A stretch of 63,379 nucleotides of DNA, counting the filler, from Octopus bimaculoides (lineage: Eukaryota), in NCBI RefSeq assembly GCF_001194135.2. It is 4 parts of 3 records of this genome, joined end to end, with 100 filler letters (N's around TTAATTAATTAA, not from the genome) between each part and the next. Parts side by side here need not be neighbours in the genome. Positions count along the whole stretch, not along the records: positions 27,745 to 54,557 come from NC_068990.1; 3 more parts are not named here. One strand, written 5' to 3'. A model generated the notes under the pieces. It saw nothing but the letters and a program-made list of their open reading frames with translations. It had not been told where the DNA came from and made no database searches. Made by a program: the position numbers and the translations under genes. Below are positions 37,681 to 51,527 of this stretch, piece by piece; positions within the stretch are counted from its first letter, which is position 1; every line of letters begins with the position of its first letter.

Positions 37681-38898
37681 GGCTCATCCTTATGTGAAAG
37701 GGATGTGTTCCACTAGTTAGTATATCTGCTGACAACACCTGATATGTGGAGATCCAGACATGTCGCAGCTAATGATGCAAAGACGTGTTGCTGCGACAGA
37801 CGATTCCTTTGACGTTACACGAATGAAGCCATATTTTTTTCCCCCAGCTGCAGCCCTGGATCAGACGATAGCCTAAACAGGATGCTTGTTTGTTTTTTGT
37901 CACATTTTCTTTACACATTAAGCTTCTCTTAGTTTACTGTAACTTATTCTTTCAATGTCCTTGTTTTTGCACGAGCCCTGGCGACTAGAATAAAAACTAT
38001 TATTATATTTTAAAAACTTTTTGGATCCCACCTCTTAATGGAAATTAGGTGGTTTTATTCTTAGATAAGAAAACATCACTTGTGACCTCAGACATCCAAC
38101 AGCTTTCAAATATTCTTCACCATTCCTAGCAAGCACGCCTGTTGCATGCTTTCTTTGTGCTTGCGTAGGCCAATCTTTTCTGTCCCCTCCATGAGCCTTA
38201 CCCTTGTCTTTCTTAAGGCTCCAATGATAATCGGTACGAGATCACTTTTTCTGCAACACTACAATCTATTTATCTCTCACTTCGAGTTCTGGTAGATATC
38301 TACCTTGTTGCTTTCTTTTTCTTTTATTCTTGTATCAAATGGACAGGCCACATGGATTAAGTGTGCACCCTTTTCTTCACACACAGACCCACTCACACAC
38401 ACACACACACACATATATACGTATACATAAATATATACATAATATGCGCATGTATATATATATATATATACATATCATCATCATCATCATTTAATGTCCA
38501 TTTTCCATGCTGACATGGGTTAGACGGTTTGACAGGGGCCAACAAGCTAAGGGCTACGTCTGGCAACCGTCTGGTTTGACATGGTTTCTTTTGGGGNNNN
38601 NNNNNNNNNNNNNNNNNNNNNNNNNNNNNNNNNNNNNNNNNNNNNNNNNNNNNNNNNNNNNNNNNNNNNNNNNNNNNNNNNNNNNNNNNNNNNNNNNNNN
38701 NNNNNNNNNNNNNNNNNNNNNNNNNNNNNNNNNNNNNNNNNNNNNNNNNNNNNNNNNNNNNNNNNNNNNNNNNNTTTCCCTAAAACTATATATTTTATAT
38801 ATACTTTATCTATAAGGCTCAATTTAATTTTAATTTTTTATAAATTGATTTTAATTGAGTTTTTTACCTGTAATTTTGGATTTTGTCCCTAATATTAT

Positions 38899-38942
<44 letters not shown>

Positions 38943-38943
38943 T

Positions 38944-39230
38944 ATCATCATCATCATCATTTAATGTCCATTTTCCATGCTGACATGGGTTAGACGGTTT
39001 GACAGGGGCCAACAAGCTAAGGGCTACGTCTGGCAACCGTCTGGTTTGACATGGTTTCTTTTGGGGGGTGGGGCTGGATGCCCTTCCTAATACCACCACT
39101 TTACAGCGTGGAGTGAGTGCTATTACGTGGCACCACACGGAAGCCTTGTTTCAACATCTTGATACCCTTCCTAACGCCACCACTTTACAGAATGGACTGG
39201 ATGCTTTTACGTGACATCAGCACGGTACCA
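38944..39230 (-). mobile_element. Octopus SINE 3' region with (GAT)n tail
   Basis: CATCATCAT-TTAATGTCCA-TTTTCCATGCT..GGATGCCCTTCCTAA; homologous to 42600-42818 and 61920-62103. The tail part also appears at 38474-38596. Confidence 0.75.
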
Positions 39231-40210
39231 TATGTGTTTATATATATATATACATATATATATANNNNNNNNNNNNNNNNNNNNNNNNNNNNNNNNNNNN
39301 NNNNNNNNNNNNNNNNNNNNNNNNNNNNNNNNNNNNNNNNNNNNNNNNNNNNNNNNNNNNNNNNNNNNNNNNNNNNNNNNNNNNNNNNNNNNNNNNNNNN
39401 NNNNNNNNNNNNNNNNNNNNNNNNNNNNNNNNNNNNNNNNNNNNNNNNNNNNNNNNNNNNNNNNNNNNNNNNNNNNNNNNNNNNNNNNNNNNNNNNNNNN
39501 NNNNNNNNNNNNNNNNNNNNNNNNNNNNNNNNNNNNNNNNNNNNNNNNNNNNNNNNNNNNNNNNNNNNNNNNNNNNNNNNNNNNNNNNNNNNNNNNNNNN
39601 NNNNNNNNNNNNNNNNNNNNNNNNNNNNNNNNNNNNNNNNNNNNNNNNNNNNNNNNNNNNNNNNNNNNNNNNNNNNNNNNNNNNNNNNNNNNNNNNNNNN
39701 NNNNNNNNNNNNNNNNNNNNNNNNNNNNNNNNNNNNNNNNNNNNNNNNNNNNNNNNNNNNNNNNNNNNNNNNNNNNNNNNNNNNNNNNNNNNNNNNNNNN
39801 NNNNNNNNNNNNNNNNNNNNNNNNNNNNNNNNNNNNNNNNNNNNNNNNNNNNNNNNNNNNNNNNNNNNNNNNNNNNNNNNNNNNNNNNNNNNNNNNNNNN
39901 NNNNNNNNNNNNNNNNNNNNNNNNNNNNNNNNNNNNNNNNNNNNNNNNNNNNNNNNNNNNNNNNNNNNNNNNNNNNNNNNNNNNNNNNNNNNNNNNNNNN
40001 NNNNNNNNNNNNNNNNNNNNNNNNNNNNNNNNNNNNNNNNNNNNNNNNNNNNNNNNNNNNNNNNNNNNNNNNNNNNNNNNNNNNNNNNNNNNNNNNNNNN
40101 NNNNNNNNNNNNNNNNNNNNNNNNNNNNNNNNNNNNNNNNNNNNNNNNNNNNNNNNNNNNNNNNNNNNNNNNNNNNNNNNNNNNNNNNNNNNNNNNNNNN
40201 NNNNNNNNNN

Positions 40211-40253
<43 letters not shown>

Positions 40254-40254
40254 C

Positions 40255-40420
40255 TGTTTGTGTGTGTATGTGACCCAACATCGCTTGACATCGATGCTGG
40301 TGTGTTTACGTCCCCGTAACTTAGCGGTTCAGCATAAGTCCTGGGGTCGATTTGCTCGACTAAAGGCGGTGCTCCAGCATGGCCACAGTCAAAATGACTG
40401 AAACGAATAAAAGAATAAGA
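40255..40420 (+). mobile_element. Bipartite SINE 3' module (internally deleted)
   Basis: CATCGCTTGACA..CCCCGTAACTTAGCGGTTC..GGGGTCGATTTGCTCGACTAAAGGCGGTGCTCCAGCATGGCC. Confidence 0.85.
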
Positions 40421-40471
40421 GAATATACATACACATACATACACACATATACATCATATACACACACATAC

Positions 40472-40515
<44 letters not shown>

Positions 40516-41161
40516 GCGTTATACTCTGTTTTAAATAAACTGAAAGGCAGCTCATCCTTAACGTGCCTGTTTGGTATACTAGAAATAGCAGCTATTAAAC
40601 ATACAAAACAGCCACCATTCTGATCACCTAATATGCGGCAAAGGGCATATTGATGAAGATGTTGATGACAATACTGAAAAATATCTTGTCAATATTGAAA
40701 ACGATACTTATTTATGATGAGGGTGATGATGATGAAGAGGAGGAGGGAAATTATGACGGAGCTGGAGAAGATGAATGGAGTAGGAGGATAATCGTGGTAG
40801 TGATAATGATAACGATGATTATAGAACAAAATCATTCCATCTTAATAATGGCGGAAGTTCTTTGCATAATAGAATCATTTCCGCGCTCATTTCTCTCGTC
40901 CTTCCTTTATCCTTCCACCTTTCTCCCTCTTTTACTATTTTCTCTTTCTTTAATTCCGTCTCTGTCTGTCATTCTTTTTCTCCCTTTCTCTGTCACTCTT
41001 TCTCTTTATGTTTCTTCGTTTCTATATCTCTGTCTCTCGCTCACTTTTCTCTCTGTCTCTCTTCCTAGCTAATTCTCCCCACTCATTCTCTTCCACGATC
41101 CCAATCATGGTAATTGATTAAATTAGCATAGATGTAGATTGACAGACTCAGGCAAACAAGG

Positions 41162-41213
<52 letters not shown>

Positions 41214-41569
41214 CTGTATATATTATACATATGTACCTTATGTATCGTAAATAAGTATACCGTGTACATATATGTCCAATATATATATTCAAGTATAGTA
41301 ATAACAGCAATAATCTTTGGATGGAATTTACAAATATTTTGACGCTTCGCTACGTGCGTTTCCACAAATCACATATCTCTGAAGCTCACAGTCCGTCCGT
41401 ATTCCTGGGATGATTACACTGTAGTCCTTAGTAGCCGTGGGCATCAGGTAGATCATCTTCATGGATTCATTTCTTCAGATGATATAGCATGAATGGATAT
41501 TTAACTCAGGGTTTTGTTTATCCCGATGCAACCCCAAAAATCTGGTTCACCAGTCAGCATCGCAGAGAA

Positions 41570-41960
<391 letters not shown>

Positions 41961-42423
41961 GGAATATATACATACATTCATCTACACATACAAGCATACA
42001 TAGTTGCATACGTACATACATTCATCTACACATACATACATACATACATGCATGCACACATACGAATAGCCGATATATATAAAGGTTGGCTGATTGGTTG
42101 GACGATAATATCTTCCATTCCGGACTTTATGATCTATATGCATCAAACCTCAACGTTATATATATTCTCGAAGACGTAAATGAAAACATGCATTTTAATA
42201 AAGAAATAAGATATAAAGAAATAAAGCTGGGAAGCGGGGAATGATACGAAACACCTTTTCCAAAAAATTATTTTGATGTTATCAGCTTAATCGTAATGTA
42301 CACCACGGAAAACGTACCTCAGGAAAATGCAGTTTTTAGGATAGTTATGAGGAAACAAATTCGATGTGGTCAAACTGTAGTAATGCTTTCTCTTTCTTTT
42401 TTTCTCACTCTCTCTTTCTTTCT

Positions 42424-42424
<1 letters not shown>

Positions 42425-42485
<61 letters not shown>
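42425..42485. repeat. (CT)n microsatellite
   Basis: Directly visible. Confidence 0.95.
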
Positions 42486-42488
<3 letters not shown>

Positions 42489-42599
42489 GGCAATGTTGGC
42501 TTGCTTACCTAACCAGCGGGGTGGCATCATTTTAAAGCTAAAACAATGCAAAGCGCATAGTGACCAGCGATGTGTAGCAACAGCCGATCACGTGATATC

Positions 42600-42818
42600 A
42601 ACATCATCGTTTGACGTCCACTTTCCACGCTAGCATGGGTTGGACGATTTGACTGAGGACTGGTGAACCAGATGGCTACACCAGGCTCCAATCTGATTTG
42701 GCAGAGTTTCTACAGCTGGATGCCCTTCCTAACGCCAACCACTCTGAGAGTGTAGTGGGTGCTTTTACGTGCCACCGGCACGAAGGCCTGTCAGGCGGTA
42801 CTGGCAACGGCCACGCTC
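42600..42818 (-). mobile_element. Octopus SINE 3' region with (GAT)n tail
   Basis: Reverse complement closely matches 61920-62103. Confidence 0.85.
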
Positions 42819-42829
42819 ATATATATATA

Positions 42830-43350
42830 TATTAGATTCTCCTTTCGATCACGATGTATGAGAGTGCAGCACCCATAGTTGTTATACCTACCACACAGAT
42901 GATTTGTTTCAACAGGTGAAGGCTTGTGTAGAACCAACCATACTTTGGGGAAACACTGGTACTAGAAAATTGGTGCAAATATTCGCCACAAACTCAAAGA
43001 ATAGCATACCCCAAGCTTTTCAATTATAGAGTCACCATCTCCTGGGTTAATTGTCTGCACAACGGTTAAGAGTCCAATCCATTCTTGTAGACTATATAAG
43101 TACCTGGGTATCACACTAGAAATTTCGAAGTCTTCGTGTATACATATATATAATACAATTGGATGGTCGTTGACTCTTCGCTGTTCGTCCGCCCTTTGAG
43201 GGGTCTTGCTTTTCATTTTGCATGGTGTTCAAAGAATTACTTTACTCCCCAAGCAGGCTTGGAGGTGTCACCATTTTAGTCGCCGACGGCCCAACCATTC
43301 AGCAGACTCCACGGGTTTACATGTTACCAGTGGCATCCAAGAACAACCCC
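42830..43350 (-). mobile_element. RTE LINE 5' UTR fragment
   Basis: Reverse complement of 43180-43335 aligns with 13707-13870 (TAACATGTAA.CCC..GGGCCGTCRGCGACTAA..CCTGCTTGG..CAAAGG.CGGA.GAAC). The extent toward 42830 is inferred. Confidence 0.65.
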
Positions 43351-43476
43351 ACAGAGAGACCGACAGACAGACAGACAGAGAGCAGAAACAGAGAGACAGG
43401 CAGACGGGTGGGCAGACAGACAGGCAGGCAGGCAAAAAGACAATCAGACAGACAGACAGACAGACAGACAGATAGT

Positions 43477-43535
<59 letters not shown>

Positions 43536-44467
43536 CTGAAGTCAGTAATATGCAAAAATAAATTTGGATTTTTATTCCAGAATGTTCCTATGTGACCCCT
43601 GTGTAAAAGTCCACTATAAAAGGAATGAGAAGCAGATATAATGTAAAAATGTTCAATTGTCGAATAAGTGATACGAACGTCACTCAAGTGTGTGCGTGAA
43701 GGTTTCTTGTTTTTCCTCTAATCGCTTCATAAAATTACAAAAGGGAAGAAAATGAGCAAGAAAAATAACGAAGATTAGCATGGGAATGAAGAAGGCGGCA
43801 ACGAGAACGGCAAATTTGATAAAAATTAAATTGTGATTATTAGAGGCATCTTACCTGATATTACTCCTGATGGCAAAACTATACTTCCATTGTTACCCAT
43901 CAGGTAACGGATAACACTCTGCTATACATACGTGTGTGTGTGTGTGTGTTTTCTAGTTCAAAAAGTCCTTATTACAGAAAAGAAATGAAAAAAATTGCCA
44001 GAGGAGAAACACCATGAATCTGTCGTAGACTGGACGGCCATGATAGCACTACGCCAGGGAGGTTTGACAATATTTAACAGCCAAATTACAAGCTTTGCAT
44101 CTTACAAGCGAGAAAGAAAATTGATACATACATGAAAGAAGATAAATGAAACGAAACCAAATACCAAAAGATATTTTTTGATATACAATTGCCGCAAAGG
44201 ATTCAATCGTCTACATTTTCATGTATACATTCGATGAATGACACTATAATTTTCGCAAACCACATTTTATCTTAAGGGAATTGGGCCTAGGTGAGGATAT
44301 GGTAGAAGCTGGTTGCCATTGGTGCCGTTCAGTTAAATTGAAACCAAAACTACATGGCTTCAAGGAAAACTTCTTAAACACACAAACATACTTGATTCCA
44401 TATATAAATATCTACATTTTACATACATAAAAATAACACATACAAGCCCAGCGAATTGTTTGAAATC

Positions 44468-44911
44468 AAAGGCGGCGAGCGGGCAGAAACGTTAACGCGC
44501 CTGACGAAATGCTTAGCAGTATTTCGTCTGTCTATGCGTTCTGAGTTCAAATTCCGCCGAGGTCGACTATGCCTTTCATCCTTTCGGGGTCGATAAATTA
44601 AGTACCAGTTACGAACTGGGGTCGATGTAATCCATTTAATCCCTTTGTCTGACCTTGTTCATCCCCTCTATGTTTAGCCCCTTGTGGGCAATAAAGGAAT
44701 AAGAAATGTTAGCACGCCGGGCAAAATGCATAGCGGTATTTCGTCTGCCGCTACGTTCTGAGTTCAAATTCCTCCGAGGTTGACTTTGTTTTTCATCCTT
44801 TCGAGATCGATAAATTAAGTACCATTTGCGCACTTGAATCGATCTAATCGACTTGCCCCCCACCCCACCCCCCAAAAAAAATTTCGGGCCTTGTGCCTAG
44901 AGTAGAAAAGA
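44468..44911 (+). mobile_element. Abundant octopus SINE (Meta-domain-like core), tandem pair
   Basis: GGCGGCGAGC.GGCAGAA..GAGTTCAAATTCC..GCCTTTCATCCTTTCGGGGTCGATAAATTAAGTACC; the core occurs twice. The Meta-domain assignment is from recall. Confidence 0.8.
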
Positions 44912-45876
44912 ATTATTTGAAATCATGAATATACGCGTGCGTGGTGGGGTGTGTATTTGTGCTTGGATGTGTAAGAGAGTGGGAGTGAGTGACAAGCCAT
45001 TCGGAATCACATACTGAACAGATGCATTAAATGTATNNNNNNNNNNNNNNNNNNNNNNNNNNNNNNNNNNNNNNNNNNNNNNNNNNNNNNNNNNNNNNNN
45101 NNNNNNNNNNNNNNNNNNNNNNNNNNNNNNNNNNNNNNNNNNNNNNNNNNNNNNNNNNNNNNNNNNNNNNNNNNNNNNNNNNNNNNNNNNNNNNNNNNNN
45201 NNNNNNNNNNNNNNNNNNNNNNNNNNNNNNNNNNNNNNNNNNNNNNNNNNNNNNNNNNNNNNNNNNNNNNNNNNNNNNNNNNNNNNNNNNNNNNNNNNNN
45301 NNNNNNNNNNNNNNNNNNNNNNNNNNNNNNNNNNNNNNNNNNNNNNNNNNNNNNNNNNNNNNNNNNNNNNNNNNNNNNNNNNNNNNNNNNNNNNNNNNNN
45401 NNNNNNNNNNNNNNNNNNNNNNNNNNNNNNNNNNNNNNNNNNNNNNNNNNNNNNNNNNNNNNNNNNNNNNNNNNNNNNNNNNNNNNATATGCATGTATAT
45501 ATGTATTCAGTAAAATACAAAATATACACGCACATACACACACACACACACACACAGGCGTACATATATATACGTACGTGTGTCTACGTGTTTACCCACA
45601 TATTTATGGATATATATACATATATATATGTGTATGTGTGTGAATGTGTGTGTGTGTATATATTCGCATACATAAATACATACATACATGTATACGTATA
45701 TGTATACATACATACACACACATACATACATACACGTACGTATGTATGTCTGCATGCAACATTGTTTACAATGGTTCGCATGATTAGTCAGCAGTTTTGC
45801 TTTCATATTATATTTACTTCCCCTCTTATATATCTTGTGATTCAGCGAGCTTTTTCTCTCTCTCTCTCTTTCTCTT

Positions 45877-45912
<36 letters not shown>

Positions 45913-46067
45913 CCTCTCTTTCTCCTTCTCTTTCTAATATATCTCAACTCTTGTCTTCCCCTTCTGTTGTTTTCTCAATTCTTTTTTTCCTCTGCGATGT
46001 TTTTGTAAATGTATGCAGGTGAGTGGGTGTTCATACGTATATGTGTATTTGCATGCGTCTTCATAAA

Positions 46068-46074
46068 CTATTAC

Positions 46075-46137
<63 letters not shown>
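46068..46137. repeat. (ATT)n microsatellite
   Basis: Directly visible. Confidence 0.95.
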
Positions 46138-47427
46138 CATTTATGAATTTTTCATCGATTTATTTTTCGTACATGTACAAAAAAAATGAAGAAAAACGAA
46201 GAGGAAGGTGAACGAAGGGGAAAAAAATAGCAAACCAAAATGGTCGATTGTATGTGAGGATGGAGAGAATAAAGGATTAAAACGAGTTTAAATTCAATCT
46301 TAGTTGCCAATATTTTTGTAAACATAACAAGTAAATGTCCCCAATTTGAATTTAGAGTTTCAAATTACTTGTGCACTCTTTTGAATTGAAAATNNNNNNN
46401 NNNNNNNNNNNNNNNNNNNNNNNNNNNNNNNNNNNNNNNNNNNNNNNNNNNNNNNNNNNNNNNNNNNNNNNNNNNNNNNNNNNNNNNNNNNNNNNNNNNN
46501 NNNNNNNNNNNNNNNNNNNNNNNNNNNNNNNNNNNNNNNNNNNNNNNNNNNNNNNNNNNNNNNNNNNNNNNNNNNNNNNNNNNNNNNNNNNNNNNNNNNN
46601 NNNNNNNNNNNNNNNNNNNNNNNNNNNNNNNNNNNNNNNNNNNNNNNNNNNNNNNATTTTAGTGTGGAGAACACCACCATTGCTTTTATCAATCAAATGT
46701 ATCAGCGTTCTATTAAAGAGAAATCATCGCAGTGTTTTCAATAGAGAATTGAAAACTGTGCCGTGGTTTAAACCTGAGTTTAAGACTCCTCCCTACCCAC
46801 CACACTCAAAGGACTCGATTTTTTGATAAAAGCACAAACACGCATATCCATTCTCTCTTCCCGCCTCTCTCTTTCTCTCACACACACACACACACACACA
46901 TACACATACAAAGATAGATATATATACACACTCATTTACATATACACAAGCACACATACACTGGAATTTATATGTGCGGGCGTGTATCTGAATATACATG
47001 GGTGAGTATACGGTAAATAAATTTTAAACAGTAGAGATTCAAGTTACGAGACACGAGAAAGAAATTTAGTTTTGCAACTTCGTTCATTGAGTGCACTACA
47101 ACTTTTAGTTTCACCGTCACTTCAGACATTCAGTTAATGACATTATTCGATCCTCATCCTATGAATGTTGAAATAAGAATGAATAATGTTTACTTTAAAT
47201 TATTCTTGAATTATCTATAATCTGTTTATATTTGCACTTCAGCATATAAAATATATATTGTATATTTTATTTACTCAGTATCAATAGGGATGCTTTGTAG
47301 ATAATTACAGAATTTGCTTTGCGGAATGGAGTGTTCATAAATTATAAACATTGAAAGTTTGGAAATTTCTTCCAGAATCGTAATCTGACAACATAGAAAT
47401 CCAAACAAAATATCAAAAATTATTTAA

Positions 47428-47640
47428 CCCTTTTGCCTTTAAACCGGCTATAGCCGGTCATACCTCTTTTATCTTCAAACTGGCTAGATCTGGCCGCTCT
47501 CACCTACCCTATAACGTAATTTTATGAATAAATAATTATATCATCGACATCTTGAAGCTACAAGATAAAGGACGATTAATTCAAAATAATAAGGAATAAA
47601 TAAGCACTACATTTGACAGAACAATCTGAATGCTAAAGGG
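47428..47640. mobile_element. piggyBac-type MITE (213 bp)
   Basis: TTAA|CCCTTT...AAAGGG|TTAA, with TTAA at 47424-47427 and 47641-47644. Confidence 0.85.
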
Positions 47641-47844
47641 TTAAAAACTACGTGTACTTATTGCAAAACGCTACATATTTATCAGTCTACCTACATGTCT
47701 ATCTTCATATTAGTCAATCTATCTTCTCCATCACTTTATCTGTCNNNNNNNNNNNNNNNNNNNNNNNNNNNNNNNNNNNNNNNNNNNNNNNNNNNNNNNN
47801 NNNNNNNNNNNNNNNNNNNNNNNNNNNNNNNNNNNNNNNNNNNN

Positions 47845-47876
<32 letters not shown>

Positions 47877-48546
47877 CACATACACATATATATGCATATA
47901 CACACACATATATATAGATTGATAGATAGAGAGAGAGAGAGAGAAAAAGAGAGAGAAAGAGAGAGAAAGAGAGAAGAATGCACATACATGTGTATGAGTG
48001 TCTATGTGTTCATGAATGAGTAAAATATCTGAATGCAAAAATTAATTATGCATACATACATACATACATACATACATACATACATACATTTTACCGAAAC
48101 ACGCAGAGTGTTTCTGGGAACCGGTTAACCTTATGGATCGTTTACTTGCACTTTCGTCAACTGGAGTGAACGATTGAAAGTACATTCTCGCTCGTGTAAT
48201 ATAATTGTATAGAAGAGGACAAGAGGACTCAGCAGAGTTGGTGAGGATTATTTTGGCATTTGCCCAAAAGCATCAGATGCGTTTTCGGAGAAATGAAAGC
48301 TTGGTGGACGAGTATTTCACAAAGACATCTCTTAGAAATTGCGCTGTTTAAATGAATATCACCTAGTTAAGGAGTAGCTGAGATTCGTCAGGTATTGCAG
48401 GGTTTTTTTTTTTTTCTGAACATTGTCAACATAGCTTTGAGTGAACCACTCGGGGCCCCTGAGATATTGGGTTGTTATTGTGTGGCTACGGGAGAGATGT
48501 GAAGGAACATTCCTAAAGGCGTTTTTGTCATCCTTCTAAATATATA

Positions 48547-49210
48547 GGCGCAGGAGTGGCTGTGTGGTAAGTAGCTTGCTTACCAACCACATGGTTCCGG
48601 CTTCAGTCCCACTGCGTGGCACTTTGGGCAAGTGTCTTCTACTATAGCCTCGGGCCGACCAAAGTCTTGTGAGTGGATTTGGTAGACGGAAACTGAAAGA
48701 AGACCGTCATATATATGTATATGTATATGTATNNNNNNNNNNNNNNNNNNNNNNNNNNNNNNNNNNNNNNNNNNNNNNNNNNNNNNNNNNNNNNNNNNNN
48801 NNNNNNNNNNNNNNNNNNNNNNNNNNNNNNNNNNNNNNNNNNNNNNNNNNNNNNNNNNNNNNNNNNNNNNNNNNNNNNNNNNNNNNNNNNNNNNNNNNNN
48901 NNNNNNNNNNNNNNNNNNNNNNNNNNNNNNNNNNNNNNNNNNNNNNNNNNNNNNNNNNNNNNNNNNNNNNNNNNNNNNNNNNNNNTGTGTGTGTGTGTGT
49001 GTTTGTGTCTGTGTTTGTCCCCCCAACATCGCTTGACAACCGATGCTGTTGTGTTTACGTCCCCGTAACTTAGCGGTTCGGCAAAAGAGACCGATAGAAT
49101 AAGTACTAGGCTTACAAAGAATAAGTCCTGGGGTCGATTTGTTCGACTAAAGGCGGTGCTCCAGCATGGCCGCAATCAAATGACTGAAACAAGTAAAAGA
49201 GTAAAAGAGA
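48547..49210 (+). mobile_element. Full bipartite SINE: tRNA head, internal microsatellite/gap, 3' module
   Basis: A box TGGCTGTGTGG, B-box-like GCTTCAGTCCC, head to about 48712, (TA)/(TG) with gap, 3' module 48990-49210. Confidence 0.88.
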
Positions 49211-49289
49211 GAAAGAGTGTATCAGAATGAGATCAAGAGTAAATTATGTGTGCTACTAGTGATGATTGGTATAAAAGTGGCGAAGCTGC

Positions 49290-49900
49290 TCTTTTTTTGT
49301 TTTTTTTCTGGCTTGAAATGTTGTAGGGTCCGGAGGGAAGGATTATTTTGTAGTATGATATAGTGTATTGAGTAGTCAATGCAAGTGGCTGTTTGTCAGT
49401 TTGAAATGCAAGCAGGAGATGAAACAAGTTGGTATAGACTTGAGAATAGCAAAGGATTCGGCTTTTGCACCGGCAGCACTGTGTGAGATGAGCGTGACGG
49501 ACATGAAGAGTTGTGGCATGTTAAAGTCGCCAAGAACGATAACTTCGTGAGTTGGGAGATGAGATAGGCCATTAGAGGAGTTTTGGAGTGGGTGAAAGGT
49601 AGCAATGTATTTGTAGGATAATAAGGGAAATGGATGATTTTGAGCCAGAATAATCGCAGGTTACTGTTGTTGAAATCCAGGTGAAAGCGATGAGAGACAG
49701 GAAAGCGGAAAGAAAAGAAAAAAACGAAAGATGAGTTTCTGTACGCCCCAGACACGACTTTTGGAGATGAACAGCGGAGTTGGTGATGTGGAAGCAGATT
49801 GAGAAATTTACGTCTCAGGGAGAAATAGGACGTGGGTGTTACGTAGAAAAGATGATATATAGGATCTAGGTTGAAAAGAAAACTTCGGATATTTGAGAAA
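49290..49900 (-). mobile_element. CR1/Jockey-type APE endonuclease fragment
   Basis: Minus frames give HVLFLPET, CYLSPTP and EVIVLGDFNMP..GAKAESFAI. Confidence 0.7.
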
Positions 49901-49913
49901 AAGGGGAAGAATT

Positions 49914-49962
<49 letters not shown>

Positions 49963-49965
<3 letters not shown>

Positions 49966-50302
49966 TCATACCTCGGTGGTACGGACTAAAAGTGGGGAAC
50001 ATCGGTCGGATGAAGCCGATTGTCCGTAGGTATCGACACTAGGGTTAGGTTACGTTAGGAGTGGCTAATATCAACAATTACATTACGAAAGACAGAGGAA
50101 TGAATACAGTGCTGTACTTTTAATCGAGCAACCTATCCAACCTGAACACTGTAAATATAAACTAAAATCCAGTAAATTCAGCATTTTTAATTTAGAATCA
50201 GACTTACAATGGATGGTGAAGAGGTGTTGTTGATATGCAGCGATTTTGTCCGCTGCTTCCGAAAACCCTTAAAGGAAGGTCCGTAGGACCGACGTGAGAG
50301 TG
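49963..50302. mobile_element. MITE-like element (340 bp) inserted in (TA)n
   Basis: 24-bp imperfect TIRs: CACTCATACCTCGGTGGTACGGAC versus reverse complement CACTCTCACGTCGGTCCTACGGAC (19/24). Confidence 0.65.
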
Positions 50303-50313
50303 AATATATATAG

Positions 50314-50381
<68 letters not shown>

Positions 50382-51189
50382 CCAAAACGTTGGATTTTCC
50401 ACTCCGGCACGTTCACTGTAATATTTATACATAGACCGACACTAAAGTAGTCTCTGTGGAGCTTGCCTTAACGTGTATATATATGCATATATGTACGTAT
50501 GTGTATANNNNNNNNNNNNNNNNNNNNNNNNNNNNNNNNNNNNNNNNNNNNNNNNNNNNNNNNNNNNNNNNNNNNNNNNNNNNNNNNNNNNNNNNNNNNN
50601 NNNNNNNNNNNNNNNNNNNNNNNNNNNNNNNNNNNNNNNNNNNNNNNNNNNNNNNNNNNNNNNNNNNNNNNNNNNNNNNNNNNNNNNNNNNNNNNNNNNN
50701 NNNNNNNNNNNNNNNNNNNNNNNNNNNNNNNNNNNNNNNNNNNNNNNNNNNNNNNNNNNNNNNNNNNNNNNNNNNNNNNNNNNNNNNNNNNNNNNNNNNN
50801 NNNNNNNNNNNNNNNNNNNNNNNNNNNNNNNNNNNNNNNNNNNNNNNNNNNNNNNNNNNNNNNNNNNNNNNNNNNNNNNNNNNNNNNNNNNNNNNNNNNN
50901 NNNNNNNNNNNNNNNNNNNNNNNNNNNNNNNNNNNNNNNNNNNNNNNNNNNNNNNNNNNNNNNNNNNNNNNNNNNNNNNNNNNNNNNNNNNNNNNNNNNN
51001 NNNNNNNNNNNNNNNNNNNNNNNNNNNNNNNNNNNNNNNNNNNNNNNNNNNNNNNNNNNNNNNNNNNNNNNNNNNNNNNNNNNNNNNNNNNNNNNNNNNN
51101 NNNNNNNNNNNNNNNNNNNNNNNNGTGTGTGTGTGTGTGTGTATCTGTGTATTATATATATATTTACATACACATACATTCCACATACA

Positions 51190-51221
<32 letters not shown>

Positions 51222-51489
51222 ATGTAGAACTGCTTTATACTTCGCCATGCATACTCCATACGCCATGCTATATTCTAAACTACATCTGATAGCCTCTATT
51301 CGGGTTCAGCCCAAGTTCATTAGACTATGTGTAATCAAACGTAATGCACTCTAACGAAATGTGTATCAAACATATACAGACACTGGACACTGAAATCCTG
51401 ACTATAAATATTTATGAACTTTTCAATGTAAGCATACATAGTAAGATTGTGTATGGATGTGTAACTATATATCTGTCTGTATGCATAAG

Positions 51490-51527
<38 letters not shown>

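Noticed and set aside
42962-43216. 84-aa ORF as a host exon
   Set aside because: Lies in sequence continuous with an RTE 5' UTR homolog; no recognisable domain.
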